The translations under genes were made by a program, and so were the position numbers. Source: an uncultured delta proteobacterium (GTDB taxonomy: Bacteria; Desulfobacterota; Desulfomonilia; Desulfomonilales; Desulfomonilaceae). From it: a stretch of 64,000 nt of DNA. Of this stretch, positions 51,485-61,453 are shown in pieces. Location: positions 1,472,001 to 1,536,000 of the forward strand of contig CAWBKB010000001.1 in the NCBI GenBank assembly GCA_963789265.1, read 5' to 3'. Under the pieces are notes generated by a model. The model saw only the letters and a program-made list of their open reading frames with translations. It had not been told where the DNA came from and searched no databases. Within the stretch, counting starts at the first letter, position 1, and the number at the start of each line of letters is the position of its first letter.

Positions 51485-51511
51485 AAACCCGGATGGGCTA
51501 AGTCCGGGTTT
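51485..51511. terminator. Intrinsic terminator-like hairpin
   Basis: aaacccgga-tgggctaag-tccgggttt preceded by an A run. Confidence 0.55.
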
Positions 51512-51666
51512 CACAAGAAGTTAGTTTTGGTGCCTTCTTTGCTTTGGAATGTAAGCACCTGTGGTCAGCAACAGCGGCTTGGGACCGCCATTACCGATGG
51601 GCTTTTGTATAGTATAGGCATACAGAGTGCAAAAGTCCATCGCCGGGTAACGATGGAGCGATATAA

Positions 51667-52821
51667 ATGCTAACAGAAAGACACAAAACAGAGCCAGATT
51701 TACCCCCTCAAGACCTCGTAACCGCTGCCTTGGACTACGCCCGCAAAGGCTTCCGAATCTTTCCCCTTCATTCAGTTGACGATCAGGGACATTGCTCCTG
51801 TGGAAAACAAGACTGCGGCAGCCCCGGCAAACACCCGCGGAACTGGAACGGTCTCAAGGGAGCCACCACCGACGAGACCCAAATCCTCAAGTGGTGGACG
51901 AAGTTCCCTGATGCGAACATAGGTATCCGCACCGGCAAGGGTCTCTTCGTCCTAGACGTGGATGAGGACGAAGGCGAAGATTCTCTCCGTGACCTTGAAG
52001 AGAAGTGTGGAAAACTTCCAGAGACCTGGGAATGCCTCACCGGACGTGGACGCCATATCTATCTGCTATCACCCACCGACAAATACATAAAGAGTTCAAG
52101 AAGCCTGATCGGAACCAAACTGGACGTCCGCTGTGAGGGAGGCTACGTAGTTGCGCCTCCTTCCCGGCATTACTTTGGAAACCGCTATGAATGGGAATGT
52201 ACGTGTCATTCAGAAGATATTCCTATGGCGGAGGCTCCTGAATGGATGATTCGACTCGCGTGTACGAAGAAGAGATCGAAATCAAATCAGAGGTGGGGCA
52301 GTACCTTCAAACCAGTCCTTCACATCGGGGAGCGGAACGAGACCCTGTTCAAAGAGGCATGCCATCTCAGAGACCTGGGCTTATCCAGGGAAAGGGTAGA
52401 GCATTATACACGCCTCCGCAATCGGTGTGATTGCCAGCCTCCTCTCAAAGACACGGAAGTGGAGACCATACTTCGTCAGGCATACAGATATTCCAAACGC
52501 CCCTGTCGAAAAGGCCGATTGTCTCCGGGTTCCGAGAGAGTTTTCCGTTACCTCGTGGAAAGATCATTGCATAGGGGCAACTGCTTGCTCAGCAAGGAAG
52601 AGATAGCGATTGCTGTCGGTTTGAAGAAGAGGCAGGTCTTCACCTGTATTCGCCAGTTGGAAAGACAAGGGCTATTACGGGTTCAGGAGCATAACGGTAT
52701 GGAAAGTCTATATTTTCCCCAGACCCATGCAGTACCCATGCAGTCCTTACATATAGGGGCAAGGGAAAGTACAGATTCTGAGTCCCCTATACAAGAGACA
52801 CCCCTGAGAGTCATGAAATAA
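51667..52821 (+). CDS. Bifunctional DNA primase/polymerase (Prim-Pol) with PriCT-like and HTH domains
   Basis: FPL..C.CG...C.SPGKHP, NIGI.TG..FVLDVD, TGRGRHIY, DVR..GGYVVAPPS.H, GERNETLF; C-terminal HTH. Confidence 0.88.
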   Translation: MLTERHKTEPDLPPQDLVTAALDYARKGFRIFPLHSVDDQGHCSCGKQDCGSPGKHPRNWNGLKGATTDETQILKWWTKFPDANIGIRTGKGLFVLDVDEDEGEDSLRDLEEKCGKLPETWECLTGRGRHIYLLSPTDKYIKSSRSLIGTKLDVRCEGGYVVAPPSRHYFGNRYEWECTCHSEDIPMAEAPEWMIRLACTKKRSKSNQRWGSTFKPVLHIGERNETLFKEACHLRDLGLSRERVEHYTRLRNRCDCQPPLKDTEVETILRQAYRYSKRPCRKGRLSPGSERVFRYLVERSLHRGNCLLSKEEIAIAVGLKKRQVFTCIRQLERQGLLRVQEHNGMESLYFPQTHAVPMQSLHIGARESTDSESPIQETPLRVMK

Positions 52822-52876
52822 GCAAAAGATCAATCTATCCGTAGAGACGATCCAAAGAAAGGATACGTAATGCCTA

Positions 52877-54064
52877 GTGAAATTAAAGAAATACGAACAG
52901 CAGACATCACTCATCGTAAGCAGTACCGAGAAATTCGTCCTAGAAAACGGAAATCCTACCGTATCCAAACTAATCGTCCTCTGGAACTACTGGAATAAGG
53001 AATTCTTTGACAATGCCTTCAAAGCCTGTCCCATAATGCTTCTAGCAGAGCCATCGAGACCTTCGGTACTTGGAGACTATTCGGCAGTTGGAGCCTACGG
53101 GAATAGAGCGCAGATAAGAATCAGACCGTCCCTGATGTCGGGGACACATCCCCATACTCTTCCCGGTGATGAATATGAAAAAGGCAGGTTCCTCTTCGTA
53201 GCAGACGTAGCCCTGCATGAAACGATTCATCTTTGGCAGGACGAAGTTCAGGGCGACCTTGAGCCAGCCTATCACGGGCATGGGCCTCTCTTCAGAGACA
53301 AATGCAACGAGATCGGAGAGAAGTTGGGACTCCCGCCGGTAAGAACCTGTAAGAAGAGGGGCAAGGATGCCGAATTACCGAGTTGTAGTCATTTTCCTCA
53401 CAACGTCAGACCGGACGACTATTACCAGGGAGCCTATGTTCGTGAACATGAGGAGCCTAGACCTCTCAAGGGTAGGCTGGAACGACTGCTGAAGGACTTT
53501 ACGGGTGAAGAGATCGTTCAGGAACTGAAGGCTATGGGAGTTTTGGAAACACGGCACGGGTATGGGGGACAAGATGGAAATCTGATAGAGAATCTCAGGG
53601 CTGTGAGTATCGCTGATGTTCTACAAACCGAAGAAGATCTATCAATCGTAGAACATGTAGTAGCGTCCGGAGAACAGGCTTCGTTGAAACACGAATGGTT
53701 CATTCAGGCTTTCCAGACCGCCTGCCTTGCGAGAGGCATCAGTCCAGATCTCAGGATAGATTCTTCTCTCTCCGCTACCTTGGATGCCTGGCTCGACGAA
53801 AAACTCACCCGTGGAAGCTACTTCGGAGCGAAATTCTACACCCACGAGAAGCAAAGCAGCCTGAGGGAGAAACTCTGCGAGATCGTCGCCCAGTGGGAGT
53901 TTATAGAAATCTCTGTGCTGGGGCAGAGGGTCGAGGTGCCTTCTGTTCCAGACCTCGAATTTCTCGTCTCATATCGAGAGAAACTCTTCGACTGGATTAC
54001 CGAGCAGAGAATGCGAAAAACCGAGGCAATCATGGATCGATTGCAGTTGGGAGGGCAGTGCTGA
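52877..54064 (+). CDS. SprT-like zinc metalloprotease domain protein
   Basis: WNKEFF, ALHETIH (HExxH) and HGHGPLF motifs. Confidence 0.7.
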   Translation: MKLKKYEQQTSLIVSSTEKFVLENGNPTVSKLIVLWNYWNKEFFDNAFKACPIMLLAEPSRPSVLGDYSAVGAYGNRAQIRIRPSLMSGTHPHTLPGDEYEKGRFLFVADVALHETIHLWQDEVQGDLEPAYHGHGPLFRDKCNEIGEKLGLPPVRTCKKRGKDAELPSCSHFPHNVRPDDYYQGAYVREHEEPRPLKGRLERLLKDFTGEEIVQELKAMGVLETRHGYGGQDGNLIENLRAVSIADVLQTEEDLSIVEHVVASGEQASLKHEWFIQAFQTACLARGISPDLRIDSSLSATLDAWLDEKLTRGSYFGAKFYTHEKQSSLREKLCEIVAQWEFIEISVLGQRVEVPSVPDLEFLVSYREKLFDWITEQRMRKTEAIMDRLQLGGQC

Positions 54065-54158
54065 GAGACAGTCCCGTGTATCGGGGACGCAATTAAGATT
54101 TCCAACGCCGCGAGGTGATGCGTAGCGGTCTAAAACCTGATTGACGAGGAGTAGAGAA

Positions 54159-54767
54159 ATGGACTCAGACCATGACAGTTCCCAATATTACATCGAAGAC
54201 ACGTTGCTTTTGCATTTTCTGATCGTCCGCTACACCGAAATGCTCCAACTCAAGGAGCCGAGACTTGTTCCAGTCTGGGCCGGGCTTGGTTTGGTCGCGC
54301 TGCACCAGAATAAAGAACTGGCAAATGCTTTCGAAACCCTGATTTCCTCCGACTCATATACCGTCGAAGAAGTCCTCACGTGCTCCATAGACTTCTTTTT
54401 GGTAGAGATAGACCGACTGGCGACGGCAGATGCTGCTGATTACGTGGAGAAAAGGGTCGCACGCCGTCCCCTGAGTAGGAGGACTGAAAGAAAATTCCAA
54501 TCTTGGGCTTGGCATGAAGGCAGGAGGATGAAGAAGGAGAACTGTTTCGAATACTATTCCATTTGGGAATTGGTCTCCTTCTTGGCACTGACCTCCGACG
54601 AATACATTAAAGCATTTGAGGAAAGATGCCGGTTTTCAGAGTCTCCTGAGGAAGTGAAACTCGAACAGGGGTTGGAGGTTATTAAGTCGGCAACATTTAG
54701 ACGCAGGATAGACAACACTTCTTTTCAACCGAACATGCTCAAGAGTGGCACACCAACAAATGAATAG
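54159..54767 (+). CDS. Hypothetical protein, paralog 1
   Basis: Aligns by eye with 54779-55348. Confidence 0.6.
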   Translation: MDSDHDSSQYYIEDTLLLHFLIVRYTEMLQLKEPRLVPVWAGLGLVALHQNKELANAFETLISSDSYTVEEVLTCSIDFFLVEIDRLATADAADYVEKRVARRPLSRRTERKFQSWAWHEGRRMKKENCFEYYSIWELVSFLALTSDEYIKAFEERCRFSESPEEVKLEQGLEVIKSATFRRRIDNTSFQPNMLKSGTPTNE

Positions 54768-54778
54768 GAGACCAAGCT

Positions 54779-55348
54779 ATGAAGATTACAGTCACTGTAC
54801 CCAGATCCGGCCCACGAGTGGAGCCGAAATTACTTGTGAAATTTGTCATCAGTAAATGTGCCGAAGTAATCCAGCAGAATTGGACCCAACTTCCCCCAAT
54901 TTGGGCAGCTCTTGCCCTATCCGCCATCGCTCACGACGAAGATTTCCACAGTCGTCTTAAAGAAGTTATAGCCTCGTCCTCTGTTGAGGCGGAAAAGATT
55001 CTCGTAATGTGTCGAGATATCTTCTTACCTGCCTTGGGTCAGCCCCAGGATGGACACACGCCGGAGTGTTCAGATGAGGAAGAGAACTATCACCTCCCCG
55101 ACGAGCGCAACTGCAGACGGGTTTTACGATACGCTCAGCGTGAAGGGGAGAAGATGCTCTCATCGAGAGATTATGAATTTATCAGAGTTTTCGAATTACT
55201 CTGTTGGTCAGGCTTGCAGTGCTACGCAATGAGGCTCTACCAGTTCGAGGCTTTGCGCCAGACCTTTGGGGCTGATCCCGAAAACCTTGTGCGAACAAGT
55301 GTAGAAATTATAAGGGCTACGGTTGTCAGCCCGCGAAAGAGGGTTTAG
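54779..55348 (+). CDS. Hypothetical protein, paralog 2
   Basis: AGGAG RBS; aligns with 54159-54767. Confidence 0.65.
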   Translation: MKITVTVPRSGPRVEPKLLVKFVISKCAEVIQQNWTQLPPIWAALALSAIAHDEDFHSRLKEVIASSSVEAEKILVMCRDIFLPALGQPQDGHTPECSDEEENYHLPDERNCRRVLRYAQREGEKMLSSRDYEFIRVFELLCWSGLQCYAMRLYQFEALRQTFGADPENLVRTSVEIIRATVVSPRKRV

Positions 55349-55432
55349 TTCTGCCCTTTCCAGACTAATTGATAGACAGCCGGGACAATTACTCAGAGAC
55401 CGGCGCACAACGAATTGATAAGGAGAAATCTG

Positions 55433-55687
55433 ATGGTTACAGCACGATTTCAGGAACTCATGACCCAGGGGTACGCCCTCAGCAATAGACTTTACTTCGG
55501 AGAATGGAACCCGGACGAGTTCGAGGCATGGATAAAGGACTGTCAGAGCCTTCTTGCTTGCTGCGAACCGGAGCCATATTTCCCCTCGTGTCCCGATCAC
55601 CGACACATCGAGGAGATCGTATTTCTGCTTCAGAAGATGTCGGGCGAGATTTTGAGGGGACACGTCCAATATATGGGTGTCTTGTAG
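55433..55687 (+). CDS. Hypothetical protein
   Basis: AAGGAG RBS. Confidence 0.55.
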   Translation: MVTARFQELMTQGYALSNRLYFGEWNPDEFEAWIKDCQSLLACCEPEPYFPSCPDHRHIEEIVFLLQKMSGEILRGHVQYMGVL

Positions 55688-55770
55688 GTCTTTCTTTTGA
55701 GCCTCACTTTGGGTGAAACCGGTGTGGTGGTTCAGCCCACACGAGGCATCAAATGCACGGAGGTAACGAC

Positions 55771-55983
55771 ATGTCCAGCAAAGCAAGAAAACTGCTCTTG
55801 GCTTCAGCCAGAGGCGATAATTGGAGATCAAAATTACTCTCCCGTCGCGAAGACGGAAGGGAAATGTGGGAATTCATTGATCCCTCAACCGGGGACACGA
55901 AGGCGATCCAAATTACCTATCCCGACGGACGGGTAGAGACGAACATCATCAAGCATGATTACAGCAAAGATTTCGAGGGGTAA
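55771..55983 (+). CDS. Hypothetical protein
   Basis: GGAGG RBS; abuts the next gene. Confidence 0.55.
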   Translation: MSSKARKLLLASARGDNWRSKLLSRREDGREMWEFIDPSTGDTKAIQITYPDGRVETNIIKHDYSKDFEG

Positions 55984-55984
55984 A

Positions 55985-56356
55985 ATGACTGAAACAAATC
56001 GAGAGACGGGGATCAAGAGAGCCACGGCAGACTTTTCAGGACAATATTTGGATCTCACCATACCCTATTGGTTCAGTTCGATGGCTCGACGGAGGCAGGA
56101 GAATCTGCTACCGGGAGATTACGTCACGGTTCAGGGCTTAGGCGAGAACCAAAAATTCGAACTCGTGGATGTTTTCCCTCAGTTCGGGTCTTGCCGCGTA
56201 CGAGGGATCGGTAAAACTGAGTGCCTCTTGATGCCCTGGGCCTATGTCTCGCCGTGGAAGAAGGCGCAGGAGGGGTGTACAAGTGCCTTAACGCAAGCCA
56301 TCGGAAATTGGTTGTTCGGTGGAAATCGCGTTTACCGGTTGTCAGAGCCAGGATAG
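55985..56356 (+). CDS. Hypothetical protein
   Basis: GAGG RBS. Confidence 0.5.
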   Translation: MTETNRETGIKRATADFSGQYLDLTIPYWFSSMARRRQENLLPGDYVTVQGLGENQKFELVDVFPQFGSCRVRGIGKTECLLMPWAYVSPWKKAQEGCTSALTQAIGNWLFGGNRVYRLSEPG

Positions 56357-56683
56357 AATGCTCAAGCAAAGAAAAATCCACTGGAACACGCAAACCTGCG
56401 ACGTGGAGGCTGAGGACGGGACGGTGTTTTACGATGTTTCGTGGGACGATTTGGAATTTGCGGACGATGTAGAGTGCCATCTTGCCAAAGATGAATAAGG
56501 AACCCCCGTGCTTTGGGACTCTTTCAGCGAGCGACATTAGGTAAGGTCTGCCCTGAAGCTCGGCCTGTGGCGGGAGAAATAGGTGCAACGATCACAAAAG
56601 ACTCGAAACGAATAGTAACCCGTACCGCATGGCCCCCAACGCCTTCGAGCCCAGCCATGAGTCACTTCTGCGCCGCAGCCTTC

Positions 56684-57115
56684 TCAGTAGTATTGAGACT
56701 GTGGGGGATCAGGGGCGTAATCGCCGCCAACCTGCCAATAGTGCCAAGACTGTCCAAAGTGATCGTGGGCGTATCTGGAATCGGTACAGAGATCGCTCTC
56801 GTGAAGATCACGTAAAACGAGCCAACGTAGGGGAACTGGTTGTCGGTCTCCCTTTGGTTTACGGTATGGTCTCCCGCTCTCGTATCTTATCACTCGGTCA
56901 AGGACGGCAGATAATTTAGGGTCGCGTGCGTACTGGAGTTTTTGTCGGATCACTTCGAACAACTCAAAGGAAGTCAGGTTGTTACTTTTCAGAGCCTGAA
57001 ATATCCTATCAGTGTCCCATTCGTGCCATTTGATGTGGCTGAGGGATTTTGATTTTGCCCTGAGAAGCTGGCTGTCCCTGCGTCTGCCACGTTGATTTAC
57101 CGTCCAGAAGGACAT
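56684..57115 (-). CDS. Hypothetical protein
   Basis: GGAG RBS; 143 aa ORF. Confidence 0.5.
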   Translation of the reverse strand: MSFWTVNQRGRRRDSQLLRAKSKSLSHIKWHEWDTDRIFQALKSNNLTSFELFEVIRQKLQYARDPKLSAVLDRVIRYESGRPYRKPKGDRQPVPLRWLVLRDLHESDLCTDSRYAHDHFGQSWHYWQVGGDYAPDPPQSQYY

Positions 57116-57188
57116 CTGTGCTCTCCGTATCCCGGATGATGGAAAATCAGCTCCTGAACGTGATCTCTGATCCTGCCTTTACTAAGCC

Positions 57189-57719
57189 TCACACCGTCAT
57201 ATAGGGGAAATGCGCTGAAGCATCCGGGGTCGCCGTCTGCCGGAACCTGAACCGCCCTTCTTCGTCAAACCAAAGGCTCTCACGCCGGTTCAGTACCAGG
57301 CAGACCCTCTTTTCCTCGTCTGCCGCTGTCGTTGCCGCGTACTGCTCCACTTGATCAACAGGTACGGAGTCTGGAACCCATCTACGTTGATAAACACCCG
57401 GAATAAGCCTGATGATAAGGTGAGGCAGTTCCGATTTGCTGCACCAGTCCTCGAATTGACGGTGTAGGTCTTGCCTGTCCTGCTCTATTAGCCTTTTCAG
57501 GTCTTCGTCGGAGACACTCAGGGCTTGTACAACTTTTTGCAGCAATTCGTCAGTAATTGTCCCCTCTGACTCAAAGAGATGGAGCCGCTGAACTCCCCTG
57601 TTGACATTCCTGTACCCGACAATATGAGCCAGTTCGCTGAGGCGAATCCCGCGCTGGGTGCGAACCTGTCTGATATGCCTACCAGTTTGAAGCAGACCGG
57701 TGAGTTTCCTTTGCTTCAT
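57189..57719 (-). CDS. XRE-family HTH protein
   Basis: IRQVR.QRGI.LSELAH.VGY......L..FE.EG. Confidence 0.75.
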   Translation of the reverse strand: MKQRKLTGLLQTGRHIRQVRTQRGIRLSELAHIVGYRNVNRGVQRLHLFESEGTITDELLQKVVQALSVSDEDLKRLIEQDRQDLHRQFEDWCSKSELPHLIIRLIPGVYQRRWVPDSVPVDQVEQYAATTAADEEKRVCLVLNRRESLWFDEEGRFRFRQTATPDASAHFPYMTV

Positions 57720-58250
57720 TTCTCGCCTCCTAAAACTAACTATACCATATGGTTATGTGGTATGTCTGGAAAGAAGGTTCCTAAGCACGGCGCGGATCGC
57801 TGCGTCCCGTGTCAATCTGAGTTGACACTCGACCGATCTGATGGATGCCATGACACCGAAGCTTGTTCTCAAGAGGATTCACGATAAGAGTATATGCGCG
57901 GGCATGCACGGCACCGACTATGATAGGAATTACTGGCACTGTGGACTCCTGGCGAAGATCCTTCGTACGATGCGGAACATCAGCCTCCATACTTCTGTGG
58001 GCGTTGCGGTCGGGGGATAACCTACGGATCGTTGAGAAAGAAGTACAGGTCAGGCAGATTCTACGAATGGAGGCTGTTTTGTGACCGATGCACCCTAGTC
58101 TCCAGACTCAGACCGAGATTTCCTAAAGACTTGAAAGAAAAAAGCTCAAGCGAGGGTGACCACGGCAAACGACAGATTCCCTAACTGGACATAGAACTGC
58201 ATGGAGCGTGGACAGTGCGTCTACCCTTTTGATAAAGCAGGAGAAAGCCA

Positions 58251-59006
58251 ATGCGTTGGGGTGGCTGCGCTAAGACGCCAGCAGACATCGAGATATTGAA
58301 GGATCTTAATTTTGATTTCGCAGAGATTATGCTTTCCTTATCGTCTTCACGACGGCTCTGGTGGGAATCCGGCATCAAAAACAATTTTGAGGACTTCTTC
58401 CTTGTTGCTCATGGACCGATAACAGACCCGACAGATGACGCAAGGGGTCTCTGGGACCATTACTTTCCAGCATTGAAATCTACCGTAGATACAGCACACA
58501 GGATGGGAATCAATCTGCTTACTATTCACATGGACATAAGCAGCCCTGTTCCGACATTTCTAAGACAGGAGAAGCTGCGAGCAATCGCCGAGCTGGTCCA
58601 ATATGCACAAGCTTCAGGTATAACCGTTGCGTTGGAGAATGTCTCGGAATCCGCCGTAGAGATTATGGAAGCATTCCGGGCCGCACCAAGGCTAGGGATT
58701 ACCTTGGATATTGGACACGGACAGATCCACGCGGAAAGGAATCGATCTCTTGAAATCATAGAAAATCTTGGACAATCCATAGTCCATGTCCATATCCACG
58801 ATAATGATGGGATTGACGATCTTCACCTCCCGCCGGGGAAGGGAATCATTGATTTAAGAAATATTGTTACTAAGATTCTTCGGCAGGGCTATGACGGGAC
58901 ATTCACCCTTGAAGTGGGGCATCAAGACCTGGTGTTTTCCAGAAAGTATGTTCAAGGGCTGATCGACGGTTCAGATCGTTACTCATCGTGGACGCGATCA
59001 CCGTGA
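58251..59006 (+). CDS. Sugar phosphate isomerase/epimerase (xylose isomerase-like TIM barrel)
   Basis: ALEN, TLDIGH, HVHIHDN..DDLHLPPG.G and FTLEV motifs. Confidence 0.9.
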   Translation: MRWGGCAKTPADIEILKDLNFDFAEIMLSLSSSRRLWWESGIKNNFEDFFLVAHGPITDPTDDARGLWDHYFPALKSTVDTAHRMGINLLTIHMDISSPVPTFLRQEKLRAIAELVQYAQASGITVALENVSESAVEIMEAFRAAPRLGITLDIGHGQIHAERNRSLEIIENLGQSIVHVHIHDNDGIDDLHLPPGKGIIDLRNIVTKILRQGYDGTFTLEVGHQDLVFSRKYVQGLIDGSDRYSSWTRSP

Positions 59007-59207
59007 AACCGGCTAAGGGGGAAGACTTTGCCGCCAATCTTGAACCGGACGTGAGGGAGAAGTTCATAGAAATCATAACCACATCGAAAATTGCTGGTCG
59101 ATGATCAGGAGATAAATTCACGCTCTCACATTGTTTTTCTTTTGCTCAAAGGGAGCCTCGAAGCCCAGGTTATGAATCCTCGATTATCCCGGTCTCGGAC
59201 TGACATT

Positions 59208-59888
59208 TTAGGCATCGCCCAAATCTTCGTCGCTCAGCCCGTAACGTTTTTTTACTGATTCAATCTCTAAGCGTCTGAATTCTAGTCCATCCTCCAGGAG
59301 GGCCACAAGAGCCTCTCCATCGTACGGGCCAATAATAGGGTCATGATAACGATACTCGCTTTGGCAGTAGTAACCTTCGATGGTGTTCATATACTTGCGC
59401 ATGAGGACGAGTACATCTTCAATCATCTGTCGCGATACGCCGGGCAGGGGGTCTGCCCCAGGCTGAATTGAGGCGTTGTCGAGATGCGCTATGCGCTTGT
59501 TACGATGAGTCCGAATTGCCCCACATTTACCAGGCTTGTCCGAGCTGTTGGGGACACCACAAAGCTCAACCAATATCTCGCTGAGTTTGGAGGAAAGCCC
59601 TTGGTCGCCGAGTTTCTCCACTTGTTCCTGCAATCGCAAGAGTGAAAGGTTCTCATTCCCGCCGATGGTAGCACGATCAATGAGTTTCCCCAGCGAGAGC
59701 TGGATCTCATCTATCAGTACCCCATGAATAAAGAAAAAAAACGTAGAGGCACAGCTATTTAACAATCTCACTCGCGCATCGGAGTGTGCAAAGAGCTGGC
59801 GGTAGATTTTCCACCGGGCGTGCAGGGACGTGATTTCATTCTTCAGTTGGTCGAATACGACTTTTATGGATTCAGGAACATCGTTCAT
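59208..59888 (-). CDS. HEPN AbiU2-like protein
   Basis: W..Y.QLF, L.L.KL.D, NLSL..L and IRTHRNKRIAHLD (RxxxxH). Confidence 0.75.
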   Translation of the reverse strand: MNDVPESIKVVFDQLKNEITSLHARWKIYRQLFAHSDARVRLLNSCASTFFFFIHGVLIDEIQLSLGKLIDRATIGGNENLSLLRLQEQVEKLGDQGLSSKLSEILVELCGVPNSSDKPGKCGAIRTHRNKRIAHLDNASIQPGADPLPGVSRQMIEDVLVLMRKYMNTIEGYYCQSEYRYHDPIIGPYDGEALVALLEDGLEFRRLEIESVKKRYGLSDEDLGDA

Positions 59889-59946
59889 AGCCTGTGCCTC
59901 TCATGAGACGGGTTTGGTGTGGCTTCCTCATTATACGGTCGCCGCC

Positions 59947-60519
59947 TCAAGCCTTCTGTTCAGCCTTTCGTTTGTAATCTCGTTCGACAAAATCACGTTG
60001 GCTCATCAGGTCTAGCCTCTGAGACATCTGGTTACACAGATATGCAGAATCCTCATCTGAAATGTGGTCGCAAAAGTCGAAAATCATGGATAGGACATCC
60101 TGTGCGAGACGATCCACATTGAGATGATCTAGTCCATCGAAAAAATCAAAAAGAGGAGACTCCTCCCCGGCCTTGCGGATACCGCACGCCTTTGGGAAGA
60201 TTTGATGCATTAGCCCATTTCGGAACAAGTAAACGAGAGTGTCCAAACGGGTCAAGTACTCATTTGGGAAGGAGGCAAGCGGATGGGAAAAGATAGCCTT
60301 GAAGTTACCCTTTGTGTCATCAATCTTTGGCTTCCGAGAATCCGTGCGGACGAGAAAGCCAAACAAGTCGATAATCACGAAAAGTAGCATCGCAGTGGGG
60401 ATCGTACATCCTGCAAGTCCCTCAGGGCCTTGGGGGCGCAGTCTCATCAATCGTTCTATATCGGGGATAAGATATTTGGTGACCTCCCCATGCAAAAAGT
60501 TTTCAGCGCGCGTGTTCAT
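59947..60519 (-). CDS. HEPN-like hypothetical protein
   Basis: YLFRNGLMHQIFPK (RxxxxH). Confidence 0.6.
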   Translation of the reverse strand: MNTRAENFLHGEVTKYLIPDIERLMRLRPQGPEGLAGCTIPTAMLLFVIIDLFGFLVRTDSRKPKIDDTKGNFKAIFSHPLASFPNEYLTRLDTLVYLFRNGLMHQIFPKACGIRKAGEESPLFDFFDGLDHLNVDRLAQDVLSMIFDFCDHISDEDSAYLCNQMSQRLDLMSQRDFVERDYKRKAEQKA

Positions 60520-60605
60520 AATCTCTCTCTATTTTTTGCCTGACCTAACCCATTGATTTCCCTATAGACCTCCTCTCTCCGCATGTCAACCACAAGCAGC
60601 CCCCG

Positions 60606-60780
60606 TCAGATCATCATACACCGCCAGCGGATCGGGTCATCAGCGGTAGCCCTCTGCCGAAATCTCAGCCGCCCTTCCTCATCGAACCGAACACTCTCCC
60701 GACGGTTCAGCACCAGGCAAGTCTTCATTTTCCTCTCAGACGCTGTCGTTGCCGCGTACTGCTCCAGTTGACCAGCAGTC
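60606..60780 (-). pseudogene. C-terminal remnant of a paralog of the XRE gene at 57189-57719
   Basis: EQYAATTA....CLVLNRRES..FDEEGR.RFRQ.AT. Confidence 0.75.
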
Positions 60781-60899
60781 AGACACAATCCATCAGCCCG
60801 TAGTTGCTGGCTCTTTTCCTGGACATAGCTTTATTCCTGATTGACAACTCCACCACAGAAATGGAAAACTCAAGAAAATGCCAGGAACGGAGGTCTATC

Positions 60900-61217
60900 A
60901 TGTCAGAGCCCTAACGAATCAGTCCAGAAGGGACTTACGATAGATTGAAAGCCGGGACTGCCCTTCTGGTGTGCGCCTATGACAGCGATGAGAAATTCAA
61001 GACGATGCCCCTGGAAGGTGCCATTTCCCTGAGCGCATTTCGGTCCAAACGTTCTTCATTATCTAAGGATCAGGAAATTATCTTTTATTGTGCCTGACCT
61101 GATGACGGAGCGGCTGTCGGTCAGGCAGCAAAGCACATCAAACTCGGATACAAGAATTCTAAAGTCCTCAATGGTGGCGTCGAAGCCTGGAAGCGGGCGG
61201 GGTACAGGCTTGTCTAA
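60900..61217 (+). CDS. Rhodanese-like selenoprotein (TGA=Sec at 61095-61097), with a premature TAA at 60912
   Basis: GGAGG RBS; LLVCAYD..EGAISL..EIIFYCA-TGA-PDD..GQA...GY.N.KVL.GGVEAWK in one frame; SECIS-like hairpin follows. Confidence 0.8.
61098..61130 (+). promoter_or_regulatory. Bacterial SECIS-like hairpin
   Basis: GCTGTC-GGTCA-GGCAGC stem-loop shortly after the UGA. Confidence 0.7.
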
Positions 61218-61453
61218 GGGAACTGGGGCCTAGAAAAAAGTTTCTTTTGCTCTGTCTTATAACGATTATTTTAAGCCGTTTTGGAAACTGAGGGCCTACC
61301 ACTGTCCCAGCCTAAGAACGACGAGAAAGGCCACGTACTCGCATTTCGCTGTGGAATTGGCACTGCCGAATTGATGATGGGGGTACGGTTTGCAAAAAGC
61401 GACGTATGCCCAAGCAAACGGTAAGAAATCAATTGCGAGGGGAGGAACCAAGC

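Noticed and set aside
58158..58200. CACGGCAAAC resembling the start of a c-di-GMP-I riboswitch
   Set aside because: The GNRA hairpin and GCAAAG/second stem are absent
60535..60575. GTTAGGT core before a HEPN gene, suggesting an integron cassette
   Set aside because: No complete attC palindrome and no integron integrase in the window
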